A stretch of 64,000 nt of DNA from Oikopleura dioica. Taxonomy: Eukaryota; Animalia; Chordata. The stretch is from contig OU015566.1 in the NCBI GenBank assembly GCA_907165135.1, forward strand, positions 14,469,023 to 14,533,022. The letters run 5' to 3'. The notes beneath the pieces were generated by a model, which was given only the letters and a program-made list of their open reading frames with translations, was not told the DNA's origin and did not search any database. Position 1 is the first letter of the stretch. Each line of letters opens with the position of its first letter. Both the position numbers and the translations under genes were made by a program. Of the stretch, positions 37,001-48,934 are shown in pieces.

Positions 37001-40000
37001 GCCGGTTTGTCATTAGGGTTACGAATTTGGATAAGGTTCAAGATAGTTTGAGAGTGTTTTAGGCCGGTTTCTGCCGGTTTGTCATTAGGGTTACGAATTT
37101 GGATAAGGTTCAAGATAGTTTGAGAGTGTTTTAGGCCGGTTTCTGCCGGTTTGTCATTAGGGTTACGAATTTGGATAAGGTTCAAGATAGTTTGAGAGTG
37201 TTTTAGGCCGGTTTCTGCCGGTTTGTCATTAGGGTTACGAATTTGGATAAGGTTCAAGATAGTTTGAGAGTGTTTTAGGCCGGTTTCTGCCGGTTTGTCA
37301 TTAGGGTTACGAATTTGGATAAGGTTCAAGATAGTTTGAGAGTGTTTTAGGCCGGTTTCTGCCGGTTTGTCATTAGGGTTACGAATTTGGATAAGGTTCA
37401 AGATAGTTTGAGAGTGTTTTAGGCCGGTTTCTGCCGGTTTGTCATTAGGGTTACGAATTTGGATAAGGTTCAAGATAGTTTGAGAGTGTTTTAGGCCGGT
37501 TTCTGCCGGTTTGTCATTAGGGTTACGAATTTGGATAAGGTTCAAGATAGTTTGAGAGTGTTTTAGGCCGGTTTCTGCCGGTTTGTCATTAGGGTTACGA
37601 ATTTGGATAAGGTTCAAGATAGTTTGAGAGTGTTTTAGGCCGGTTTCTGCCGGTTTGTCATTAGGGTTACGAATTTGGATAAGGTTCAAGATAGTTTGAG
37701 AGTGTTTTAGGCCGGTTTCTGCCGGTTTGTCATTAGGGTTACGAATTTGGATAAGGTTCAAGATAGTTTGAGAGTGTTTTAGGCCGGTTTCTGCCGGTTT
37801 GTCATTAGGGTTACGAATTTGGATAAGGTTCAAGATAGTTTGAGAGTGTTTTAGGCCGGTTTCTGCCGGTTTGTCATTAGGGTTACGAATTTGGATAAGG
37901 TTCAAGATAGTTTGAGAGTGTTTTAGGCCGGTTTCTGCCGGTTTGTCATTAGGGTTACGAATTTGGATAAGGTTCAAGATAGTTTGAGAGTGTTTTAGGC
38001 CGGTTTCTGCCGGTTTGTCATTAGGGTTACGAATTTGGATAAGGTTCAAGATAGTTTGAGAGTGTTTTAGGCCGGTTTCTGCCGGTTTGTCATTAGGGTT
38101 ACGAATTTGGATAAGGTTCAAGATAGTTTGAGAGTGTTTTAGGCCGGTTTCTGCCGGTTTGTCATTAGGGTTACGAATTTGGATAAGGTTCAAGATAGTT
38201 TGAGAGTGTTTTAGGCCGGTTTCTGCCGGTTTGTCATTAGGGTTACGAATTTGGATAAGGTTCAAGATAGTTTGAGAGTGTTTTAGGCCGGTTTCTGCCG
38301 GTTTGTCATTAGGGTTACGAATTTGGATAAGGTTCAAGATAGTTTGAGAGTGTTTTAGGCCGGTTTCTGCCGGTTTGTCATTAGGGTTACGAATTTGGAT
38401 AAGGTTCAAGATAGTTTGAGAGTGTTTTAGGCCGGTTTCTGCCGGTTTGTCATTAGGGTTACGAATTTGGATAAGGTTCAAGATAGTTTGAGAGTGTTTT
38501 AGGCCGGTTTCTGCCGGTTTGTCATTAGGGTTACGAATTTGGATAAGGTTCAAGATAGTTTGAGAGTGTTTTAGGCCGGTTTCTGCCGGTTTGTCATTAG
38601 GGTTACGAATTTGGATAAGGTTCAAGATAGTTTGAGAGTGTTTTAGGCCGGTTTCTGCCGGTTTGTCATTAGGGTTACGAATTTGGATAAGGTTCAAGAT
38701 AGTTTGAGAGTGTTTTAGGCCGGTTTCTGCCGGTTTGTCATTAGGGTTACGAATTTGGATAAGGTTCAAGATAGTTTGAGAGTGTTTTAGGCCGGTTTCT
38801 GCCGGTTTGTCATTAGGGTTACGAATTTGGATAAGGTTCAAGATAGTTTGAGAGTGTTTTAGGCCGGTTTCTGCCGGTTTGTCATTAGGGTTACGAATTT
38901 GGATAAGGTTCAAGATAGTTTGAGAGTGTTTTAGGCCGGTTTCTGCCGGTTTGTCATTAGGGTTACGAATTTGGATAAGGTTCAAGATAGTTTGAGAGTG
39001 TTTTAGGCCGGTTTCTGCCGGTTTGTCATTAGGGTTACGAATTTGGATAAGGTTCAAGATAGTTTGAGAGTGTTTTAGGCCGGTTTCTGCCGGTTTGTCA
39101 TTAGGGTTACGAATTTGGATAAGGTTCAAGATAGTTTGAGAGTGTTTTAGGCCGGTTTCTGCCGGTTTGTCATTAGGGTTACGAATTTGGATAAGGTTCA
39201 AGATAGTTTGAGAGTGTTTTAGGCCGGTTTCTGCCGGTTTGTCATTAGGGTTACGAATTTGGATAAGGTTCAAGATAGTTTGAGAGTGTTTTAGGCCGGT
39301 TTCTGCCGGTTTGTCATTAGGGTTACGAATTTGGATAAGGTTCAAGATAGTTTGAGAGTGTTTTAGGCCGGTTTCTGCCGGTTTGTCATTAGGGTTACGA
39401 ATTTGGATAAGGTTCAAGATAGTTTGAGAGTGTTTTAGGCCGGTTTCTGCCGGTTTGTCATTAGGGTTACGAATTTGGATAAGGTTCAAGATAGTTTGAG
39501 AGTGTTTTAGGCCGGTTTCTGCCGGTTTGTCATTAGGGTTACGAATTTGGATAAGGTTCAAGATAGTTTGAGAGTGTTTTAGGCCGGTTTCTGCCGGTTT
39601 GTCATTAGGGTTACGAATTTGGATAAGGTTCAAGATAGTTTGAGAGTGTTTTAGGCCGGTTTCTGCCGGTTTGTCATTAGGGTTACGAATTTGGATAAGG
39701 TTCAAGATAGTTTGAGAGTGTTTTAGGCCGGTTTCTGCCGGTTTGTCATTAGGGTTACGAATTTGGATAAGGTTCAAGATAGTTTGAGAGTGTTTTAGGC
39801 CGGTTTCTGCCGGTTTGTCATTAGGGTTACGAATTTGGATAAGGTTCAAGATAGTTTGAGAGTGTTTTAGGCCGGTTTCTGCCGGTTTGTCATTAGGGTT
39901 ACGAATTTGGATAAGGTTCAAGATAGTTTGAGAGTGTTTTAGGCCGGTTTCTGCCGGTTTGTCATTAGGGTTACGAATTTGGATAAGGTTCAAGATAGTT

Positions 40001-41965
40001 TGAGAGTGTTTTAGGCCGGTTTCTGCCGGTTTGTCATTAGGGTTACGAATTTGGATAAGGTTCAAGATAGTTTGAGAGTGTTTTAGGCCGGTTTCTGCCG
40101 GTTTGTCATTAGGGTTACGAATTTGGATAAGGTTCAAGATAGTTTGAGAGTGTTTTAGGCCGGTTTCTGCCGGTTTGTCATTAGGGTTACGAATTTGGAT
40201 AAGGTTCAAGATAGTTTGAGAGTGTTTTAGGCCGGTTTCTGCCGGTTTGTCATTAGGGTTACGAATTTGGATAAGGTTCAAGATAGTTTGAGAGTGTTTT
40301 AGGCCGGTTTCTGCCGGTTTGTCATTAGGGTTACGAATTTGGATAAGGTTCAAGATAGTTTGAGAGTGTTTTAGGCCGGTTTCTGCCGGTTTGTCATTAG
40401 GGTTACGAATTTGGATAAGGTTCAAGATAGTTTGAGAGTGTTTTAGGCCGGTTTCTGCCGGTTTGTCATTAGGGTTACGAATTTGGATAAGGTTCAAGAT
40501 AGTTTGAGAGTGTTTTAGGCCGGTTTCTGCCGGTTTGTCATTAGGGTTACGAATTTGGATAAGGTTCAAGATAGTTTGAGAGTGTTTTAGGCCGGTTTCT
40601 GCCGGTTTGTCATTAGGGTTACGAATTTGGATAAGGTTCAAGATAGTTTGAGAGTGTTTTAGGCCGGTTTCTGCCGGTTTGTCATTAGGGTTACGAATTT
40701 GGATAAGGTTCAAGATAGTTTGAGAGTGTTTTAGGCCGGTTTCTGCCGGTTTGTCATTAGGGTTACGAATTTGGATAAGGTTCAAGATAGTTTGAGAGTG
40801 TTTTAGGCCGGTTTCTGCCGGTTTGTCATTAGGGTTACGAATTTGGATAAGGTTCAAGATAGTTTGAGAGTGTTTTAGGCCGGTTTCTGCCGGTTTGTCA
40901 TTAGGGTTACGAATTTGGATAAGGTTCAAGATAGTTTGAGAGTGTTTTAGGCCGGTTTCTGCCGGTTTGTCATTAGGGTTACGAATTTGGATAAGGTTCA
41001 AGATAGTTTGAGAGTGTTTTAGGCCGGTTTCTGCCGGTTTGTCATTAGGGTTACGAATTTGGATAAGGTTCAAGATAGTTTGAGAGTGTTTTAGGCCGGT
41101 TTCTGCCGGTTTGTCATTAGGGTTACGAATTTGGATAAGGTTCAAGATAGTTTGAGAGTGTTTTAGGCCGGTTTCTGCCGGTTTGTCATTAGGGTTACGA
41201 ATTTGGATAAGGTTCAAGATAGTTTGAGAGTGTTTTAGGCCGGTTTCTGCCGGTTTGTCATTAGGGTTACGAATTTGGATAAGGTTCAAGATAGTTTGAG
41301 AGTGTTTTAGGCCGGTTTCTGCCGGTTTGTCATTAGGGTTACGAATTTGGATAAGGTTCAAGATAGTTTGAGAGTGTTTTAGGCCGGTTTCTGCCGGTTT
41401 GTCATTAGGGTTACGAATTTGGATAAGGTTCAAGATAGTTTGAGAGTGTTTTAGGCCGGTTTCTGCCGGTTTGTCATTAGGGTTACGAATTTGGATAAGG
41501 TTCAAGATAGTTTGAGAGTGTTTTAGGCCGGTTTCTGCCGGTTTGTCATTAGGGTTACGAATTTGGATAAGGTTCAAGATAGTTTGAGAGTGTTTTAGGC
41601 CGGTTTCTGCCGGTTTGTCATTAGGGTTACGAATTTGGATAAGGTTCAAGATAGTTTGAGAGTGTTTTAGGCCGGTTTCTGCCGGTTTGTCATTAGGGTT
41701 ACGAATTTGGATAAGGTTCAAGATAGTTTGAGAGTGTTTTAGGCCGGTTTCTGCCGGTTTGTCATTAGGGTTACGAATTTGGATAAGGTTCAAGATAGTT
41801 TGAGAGTGTTTTAGGCCGGTTTCTGCCGGTTTGTCATTAGGGTTACGAATTTGGATAAGGTTCAAGATAGTTTGAGAGTGTTTTAGGCCGGTTTCTGCCG
41901 GTTTGTCATTAGGGTTACGAATTTGGATAAGGTTCAAGATAGTTTGAGAGTGTTTTAGGCCGGTT
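34039..41965. repeat. 72-bp subtelomeric satellite, ~110 copies
   Basis: Unit GGCCGGTTTCTGCCGGTTTGTCATTAGGGTTACGAATTTGGATAAGGTTCAAGATAGTTTGAGAGTGTTTTA; no variant copy seen by eye. Confidence 0.98.
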
Positions 41966-41971
41966 AGGGTT

Positions 41972-42471
41972 NNNNNNNNNNNNNNNNNNNNNNNNNNNNN
42001 NNNNNNNNNNNNNNNNNNNNNNNNNNNNNNNNNNNNNNNNNNNNNNNNNNNNNNNNNNNNNNNNNNNNNNNNNNNNNNNNNNNNNNNNNNNNNNNNNNNN
42101 NNNNNNNNNNNNNNNNNNNNNNNNNNNNNNNNNNNNNNNNNNNNNNNNNNNNNNNNNNNNNNNNNNNNNNNNNNNNNNNNNNNNNNNNNNNNNNNNNNNN
42201 NNNNNNNNNNNNNNNNNNNNNNNNNNNNNNNNNNNNNNNNNNNNNNNNNNNNNNNNNNNNNNNNNNNNNNNNNNNNNNNNNNNNNNNNNNNNNNNNNNNN
42301 NNNNNNNNNNNNNNNNNNNNNNNNNNNNNNNNNNNNNNNNNNNNNNNNNNNNNNNNNNNNNNNNNNNNNNNNNNNNNNNNNNNNNNNNNNNNNNNNNNNN
42401 NNNNNNNNNNNNNNNNNNNNNNNNNNNNNNNNNNNNNNNNNNNNNNNNNNNNNNNNNNNNNNNNNNNNNNN
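41972..42471. other. Scaffold gap (500 N)
   Basis: Exactly 500 Ns: a fixed-size placeholder. Confidence 0.99.
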
Positions 42472-42699
42472 AAGCAGAGAAAAGATCGAAAAAGATTTTG
42501 AGAGAGATTTTCTTAAAATGGTTGCAGATGATAGAGCAACAGAAAGTCTGCCTGTTGACATGCCCAAAAATTGTATGCTTTATCTTTATTTTTATTTTCT
42601 TTTTTGATATAATCTGAGTCACCCGCACTCAAATCAAATCGCTGCGGAGAAAGTTTAACGAAATCGCCAACCAAGGCCGAAAATTCAAAAGCCCGGTTT

Positions 42700-43150
42700 C
42701 ATGATCAAAGAGCTCACTAAGAAGCAGTTATCTTGTTTTACGACGACTTGTTCAGTGTGACCCACAGTGGAAAGGAGGGCCTTTCCTTCAGAAAGTAAGC
42801 GGACTTTTCCGGATTATTTTAAAGGCGTGTTTTAGAGTAGGGGAGCGCGTATTTTTAACCATCAATAAGGACAGTACCATCGACTTCAAAGAGTTCCAGT
42901 ACTTGATGTTCTTTCACAGCGAGGCCTCAAAAGAAGTCAAAAAGACCTGTAAGAGATAACTGCTTTATTCCTTTCGTTGATCAGTTTTTCCGTCAAGTTA
43001 TTTACAAATTGCACGACTTGGATGAGGGCGGCGATGTGGACTGGAAGGAGTTCAGAACCGTGGCAAGACTGATGCGGGGAAAAGACGACAAGAAACAGTC
43101 GAAAGAACTAGAGAGGCAGATCAAGAGCGACTTCAAAGAAATGGCGGTTG
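42700..43150 (+). pseudogene. EF-hand calcium-binding protein fragments
   Basis: KDSTIDFKEFQYLM and HDLDEGGDVDWKEFRTVARLM (EF-hand loops); the upstream part is broken. Confidence 0.55.
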
Positions 43151-44435
43151 GGAAACTAAAATCGCATTTTTTATCTTTTAGGGTGAAGTGGTGCTAACAG
43201 GGCCATATTCTTATCAGTCACAATTCTAGTGACATTATTGCCCTCGCCCCATTGAACTCCTTACGCGGTACCCACTCTGACCAGTTCTACCTCGCTTAGC
43301 CGCGCTGCCATAGCCATCCATCACACTTTTACGCCTTCTGCACCAACTTAGTGCCCTCTTTTTCCATTTCTCTCTGGTGCCAAGCCACCTCGAATCTCAA
43401 CCCTTTATAACCAACTGTGCAGCCATAGTCAGGCATTCATTATCTGCAATATGATTTAAGTCACAATATATTTTGCCCTTAGTGGCACCCTAACTCTTGT
43501 CGACTTTCTATCCGCGGCCCAGTTGATCTACTTCAAGGGGAGGAGCTATCTCTCGTGGCCATTTCGTCAAATTTGCCTCTCGTGGCAAGTTGCCTCTCGT
43601 GGCCATTTGCCTCTCGTGGTCATCACGTATCGGCTTATTTGACGTAAGGCATTTAGATGATAAGTTAGGTGTGAAAGATTCTTTCGAAAATACTCCGAGA
43701 AGCATGGGTATTACTGGGATATTATTTCTTGAGACAAGCCAAACGAAATTATTAATAAATATGAGTGCAATAAAATTTTCAAATTGATCAAAAGTCATAC
43801 TCTTTTCCAGTTTTTTCTGACAGAAAATAATAAAATTATTCAAAAAATTATTCTATCTTGATATTTCTTTATAGAATACTCGAAAATAACCTGACTTCTT
43901 AAAAATATGAGGTGTGTGAAATCTCCTCTTCGAGAAAAATTTGGATACCCTAAGGTTCGTTAGACTGATATCACTGATATCTTATAGAGGACCCTTGACT
44001 CTCTGGGGAATGCTGAAAAAATCAAGGAAAATCTTATCCTTCGCTTCTAGAGAGGGATGAACTCAATTATTCAAGAAGAGGTTCCTCTTTTGCTTGAAGA
44101 CCTGAGAATGGGTTCTCCGCTCGATTTTAAAATATTTTGTAAATTAAGAACGTAGGTTGATATTTTTTGAGGAAATTTCGATGATTCCCCAAGGTTAAAG
44201 ACTTGTTTTACCAAAATATTTAATTGTTACAGTCATATGAGGTCCTATGTTACATAGGCTATGTAGGCGTGAGAGGCTTGACAAATTTTTCCTAATTCTA
44301 ACTTTATGACAAATTTTTTCGACTTTCATTGAGCTTATATAAAATTGAGCTGGTTAGAAAGGGTTGAATTTGGCTCAAAATGAACCCAAATAATTAGGAA
44401 AGTGTAAATCGAGAAAAAGTAATTTTCGAAAATTT

Positions 44436-44972
44436 TCATTTTTGGTTCGATTTGTAGAATCTAGAGGCTGTGAGTTCTCGTATTTCTGTCACTTCGACTG
44501 ATTCGTGAACTTGTTTCCAGCTTGTTATCTTTGTATTGGAAATGTCGAGGTGGCGGCATTTCGGAGTTTCCTGGAGAATCGTTTCCCTTGACAAAGAAAC
44601 TACTGGAAAATCGGTTATTGAGACGGAACGTAGCTCCGTCGTCGGCGTTTCGATCAAAAACAACGCCGAGCTGTTCATTGCTCCGACTTTTTCCTCCAAC
44701 TCCGTGTTTCTCTCGAACTGAGCTATCAGCGCTTCTTCCAAGCTCATTTCTTCGACAATTTTTGAAGGCTTGACGAAGCTGCCGAAGTTCTGCGCGCACT
44801 CAAAGTACCGCTTTCCTTTGTGTGTTCCATCGCGCTTGCCAATCGGCTCGACGTAGAATATCCCGATCCAGCAGTCTTCTGGTCGACCTTCGATTGCACC
44901 TTCGTAGGCCATCGTGGCCATTTGCATCGAGGTTTTATGCCTAACCCCGATTTTATCGCCGACACAGACCAT
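44436..44972 (-). CDS. TBCE: Tubulin-folding cofactor E-like 5' part (CAP-Gly + first LRRs); remainder not found
   Basis: WIGIFYVEPIGKRDGTHKGKRYFEC..GSFVKPSKI (CAP-Gly) followed by CRHLDISNTKITSWKQV. Confidence 0.8.
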   Translation of the reverse strand: MVCVGDKIGVRHKTSMQMATMAYEGAIEGRPEDCWIGIFYVEPIGKRDGTHKGKRYFECAQNFGSFVKPSKIVEEMSLEEALIAQFERNTELEEKVGAMNSSALFLIETPTTELRSVSITDFPVVSLSRETILQETPKCRHLDISNTKITSWKQVHESVEVTEIRELTASRFYKSNQK

Positions 44973-45449
44973 TCTTCAGAAACAAAAAATGATTGATGAG
45001 CGGAAGAATAAAGAAGCTTTATTGGAATGTGAAAAGAGGTGAATACAGTGGTGTTTATGGGCAGTAAGTTACTACCAGTAACTGTAAAGCGGAGTCTGGT
45101 GAACCGTGAAAAGAGGTTTAACTTGAACTTTTTTCTTTTTGAAGTTTATCTTGGGTAAAATGCTTCTTCTGAAGGCGCTGCTTGCGATTTTCGCCGATAA
45201 GGACTGCAGATTTCGATGATTTCAGGAAGCTTACCAAGGACAAGCGTTTATAGAGGACATGTGCTCATATATTACCGTTATTTTTCGTCTACGTAGAAGT
45301 TGTTGTAGTCGTAAACATTGGAGAAGCGCTCAATTCCGAGATTAACCTCCAAGGAGCGCATGAGATCGCAGAAAAAGCGCACAGAATCTCTGAATGATTT
45401 TCCAGGAGCGAAAGCGCTAGAACGAAGAGCTGTTAGTTCAGGTCTTCGC

Positions 45450-46105
45450 AAAGGAAGCTTACGTATTAAGAAGCTCTTCGTCATCGGCGACCAGGTATTT
45501 GCCGAAGCAGACACAGAACATGACGATATTGCTCATCATTTTGTTCTTGTGCGCAAGGAAGCGTTTCATACATCATTTATCATTAGTGAGCAAGCAGCCA
45601 GTTTTAATTTGATGTAGGTATTCATCGTGCGCTGGGAGAAAAAGTATTTTTCAAGGACTAAAATCTTTCTTTACCTTTTTTCAGCGAGTCGATTGTTAGC
45701 TCTCCAGCACGCTTCAATTTCTCCAGGTCCTCCTCGAGCTTCTTCCACTGCGCTTGCATCATGAACGTACAGATGAAGTTGTAATACTGGCCGACAAAGA
45801 CTGTCATCTCATTTCTGATCAGATTCAGCTTTCGCAACTCGTACGTAAGCGTTTGGCCTCGCTGCGAGTATGTAATCGATTGTAAATTCCGAATCGCAAA
45901 TAGCATGTCTTGAATATTTAATAAAGCGTGTCCCGCTCGTTCATTGAGCTTACCCAATAGGAATTTGTTGACTTCTCTGTATGGCACTGTCCAAGTAGAG
46001 CGAAAGTCCTTTCAGATTTGAAAGCGGACTTTTATTCTCGGAGCGATTCTTGGCAAAATCTTTGTACAGCTTGTCGATGTGCTTTTGCGATTCGATCATG
46101 TTCGT
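45450..46105 (-). pseudogene. Gamma-tubulin complex component (GCP5/6-like) C-terminal fragment
   Basis: YREVNKFLL...LRKLNLIRNEMTVFVGQYYNFICTFMMQAQWKKL...HDEYLHQI; stops flank it; a MITE lies at its 5' side. Confidence 0.5.
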
Positions 46106-46132
46106 TGGGTCTGCCCTCAAATGCCGACGGCC

Positions 46133-46346
46133 GGGTGTATGGCGCTGAGGTTATACATGCATAACCAGGTCATGCACTCTTAATAAAATCATATAAATTG
46201 ATATGTAACAGATAGTTCAAATGAGTCTTTTGGAACCAATTTAGCCTCAAATTGCTCCAATTTAAATCGAGAATGCATAACCAGGTTATGAAAAATCCAG
46301 GAAAATGCATAACCTGGTTATGGCATAACCTCAGCGCCCGACACCC
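46133..46346. mobile_element. MITE with GGGTG...CACCC termini
   Basis: TIRs GGGTGTATGGCGCTGAGGTTAT and ATAACCTCAGCGCCCGACACCC. Confidence 0.8.
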
Positions 46347-46587
46347 TGTTTTTCTTGGAAGTTAGACGTTTGATGGAGACAAATCTTGCTTAGAGGCTAT
46401 GCTAGAGCTTTGTACGCCGCGGCGATAGAGGGAAAGTCACGAAGTCCACTTGGATCTAGCCTCTGAGCGCCGTCGAGGAGACTAGAAAAGCCTGTGATTC
46501 CTCCCATCGCTTTGTAAATGCAATCAATTCCGATCGGTTTTACAGCAGCAGCGCGTTCTTCTCTCGATTCCACGACCAAACGGTGAG

Positions 46588-46849
46588 GGGTGACGGGCGG
46601 CCACGTTCTGCCAGAACGGCGTTCTGCAAATGTAGAATGGCGTTCTGCATAAGGATTTTTTGAACGATGTAACTTGATTCATATCAGTTTAAACGCATTC
46701 AGCTTAGTTTAAAGAGTAACTCCTGATTTTAGAAATTCTGAGATTCCCTTTAAGTCACGCGCGGAGCGCAATTATTTTTTGAGTGCAAAACGCCGTTCTG
46801 TTCATTTGCAGAACGCCGTTCTGCTGCAGAATGTGGCCGCCCTACACCC
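46588..46849. mobile_element. MITE with ~60-bp TIRs and a 9-bp TSD (Mutator-like)
   Basis: TIR GGGTGACGGGCGGCCACGTTCTGC.. and ..GCAGAATGTGGCCGCCCTACACCC; AACGGTGAG duplicated at 46579-46587 and 46850-46858. Confidence 0.85.
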
Positions 46850-47518
46850 AACGGTGAGCTGGCGCGAGTTTTCCGCAAGAGCAGCGGGCAGCTGTCATGA
46901 AGCCAGGGCATTTCGAGCACTAGAATTTATTTTTACCATCTTTTTATTCAAAAACATATTACATAATTGAATAATTGTATTTTTCTGAAACACCTTTAGG
47001 CACTTAAATGGCGCCACTTTCGCATTATGAACACTTGTTTCACACTTGCATCTTCCGCATCTGAGTTGTCGTGGACCATTTGCCGGCACATATGTAAATC
47101 ATTTGCATCCGCAGCTAAAAGTGAATGAAAATGAATACGGAGATGAATGAAGACATACTCGGCGCAAGGAATTTTCTTCTTCTTTTCATTTATCCCCGCC
47201 ACATCCGTCTGGTGTCGTTTGTACCGGCACTGACAGAGGCATTTTGTTTCTGGGCCGATGAGTATGATCAATATCGGACAAGCTGTTCGGCTCACGACCG
47301 TATTTGATCCTGAAGTCGTCTTTCAGTAGATTGATCACATAATCTTCTTTGGCCATCACTTCTTTGGCCAACAGCTCGTACAGCTCCTGAATCCGATTCA
47401 TTCTAACAGATTCAAAGTTGAAGCCCCGTAAATGAAGAAATCTCAAAGACACTGAGTAAAGAAAGTTATATTTACAAAATTAATTTGAAAAGGGCAAGCA
47501 TAAACATAGAGAAAAACA

Positions 47519-48117
47519 CTAGAACTGAATAAAAGAGTAGTTTGAAGCCAACGCCTGCGCTTCTGCAGTAAGTTTGTTGATTCTCAAATCGACGATTGCA
47601 TTTCCACTGAATCGGTCCAAATGCTCAGCTGACAATTCTTCGAAGCAGTTGTTCGACAAATTGATGACTTTCAAATCGGGCAGCTCCACCATCGCTACGG
47701 GAAAGCGCGAAAACAGGTTTCGTTCCAAATTCAAATGCTCCACTATTTGAAGCTTTTAGTTTAAATTCTAAAAAAAGAGAACTTACGCTTTGAATATTTC
47801 TTGAAATCGGTCGGGAGCGATTCTAGCTGGTTCCCAGACAAGTTGATTCTTTTCACTTCTGGTCCGGCCAGTTTAATCACGCCGATTGGAAACTTTCTCA
47901 GGCCGCAATTTGAAAGGTTCAAGATGCCTGTTTCTCTAGCTTCAATCGCCGCTTGAATAAAAAAAAAAACAACAAATGAAATGGTTGAACTATTACCTTT
48001 TGCTATTTTCGACGGGTCGTTATTCAGGCCACTTTCATTGACAGGAATTGATATTTGACGAGTAAAACTGGGAACTGGCGGCGGTGGCGGAGGTTCAACT
48101 CGTGGGGCCGATTCCAT
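47519..48117 (-). CDS. Small leucine-rich-repeat protein (LRRC20/57-like)
   Basis: LNLSNCGLRKFP, INLSGNQLESLP, LNLERNLFSRFP and INLSNNCFEEL; two short introns; no disruptions seen. Confidence 0.8.
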
Positions 48118-48934
48118 TTTACAATTTTGTTCGTTTGAAAATGGGAGATTCTATTTTGAAGATTCGTTGTTTTTTTTCTTTACATTTTTACAAATTTCAG
48201 TTGAAAAGTTCAAGAATCTTTTCGAGTTTCGGCGGCAGTTTTGATAAACTTACGAGGGGTTTCTTAATCGAAAAAAAATCTCGATACAGTAATGATTTAA
48301 AAGCCCCGTTTCTTGTATTGCTTTGAAGAATAATGGACGATGTTAAAAAGTAAAAGGGATGAAAATACACAAGTTGGGTAAAGGCCTTTCGATCCAACTG
48401 GGTTCTTCCAATTTTAGAAAGAGCATGATGGTGAACAAGCCCGAGAATATTCCATTCAATAAGTTGGTGATTCCAAGCTCGAACTGAAATTGAAAGTGGG
48501 AAATTCTGTGGGAAATCGAGTTCTGAGGAGATTTGACGAGAGCGTCCGACAGATCTAAACCGTGAAAATCGAGGAGGGATGGGAAGTGGCCTCGATTTCT
48601 TGTTTAGATACATGCCGAGAGCACCAGCTGGGCTTGGCATTTTTTTTCTCAGAGCTTGTTCTGCTTTTGTCACCAGCGGGTTGATTGGTTGCTATCTCGA
48701 GTCACCAGATGGCGCCACGTGCATTAAAATTCAGAATAAAAAGGTTTGGAATCAAGCAAAAAAATAAAACAGAAATATGAGATTTTCAAAGATTCTAGCT
48801 TTGAGAATCACTGCTACTTCTTCGGCAAAAAAACGGAGAATCAAATCAAGCTAGAAGTCTTCCAATTCGAGCGAATGCAAGATCTTCTCGCCAGATCAAC
48901 TGTGGAACACAGCAGAACAAGCCATAAGAATTTG

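Noticed and set aside
34039-41965. CRISPR array
   Set aside because: Head-to-tail identical units with no unique spacers, no cas genes, and a eukaryotic context.
34009-42567. 2852-aa minus-strand ORF of (TGLKHSQTILNLIQIRNPNDKPAE)n
   Set aside because: It results from a 72-bp (24-codon) unit having one stop-free frame. The start lies across an N gap, and there is no unique domain or evidence of expression.
41915-42628. ORFs 41915-42628 and 58576-59139, and the 5' part of 57668-59182
   Set aside because: These are translations through 500-N gaps; only the 57468-58629 part is real coding sequence.
43200-44400. Possible retroelement or LTR sequence, including the 18-bp TTGCCTCTCGTGGC repeats at ~43550-43620
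   Set aside because: No RT, integrase, LTR pair or TSD could be recognised.
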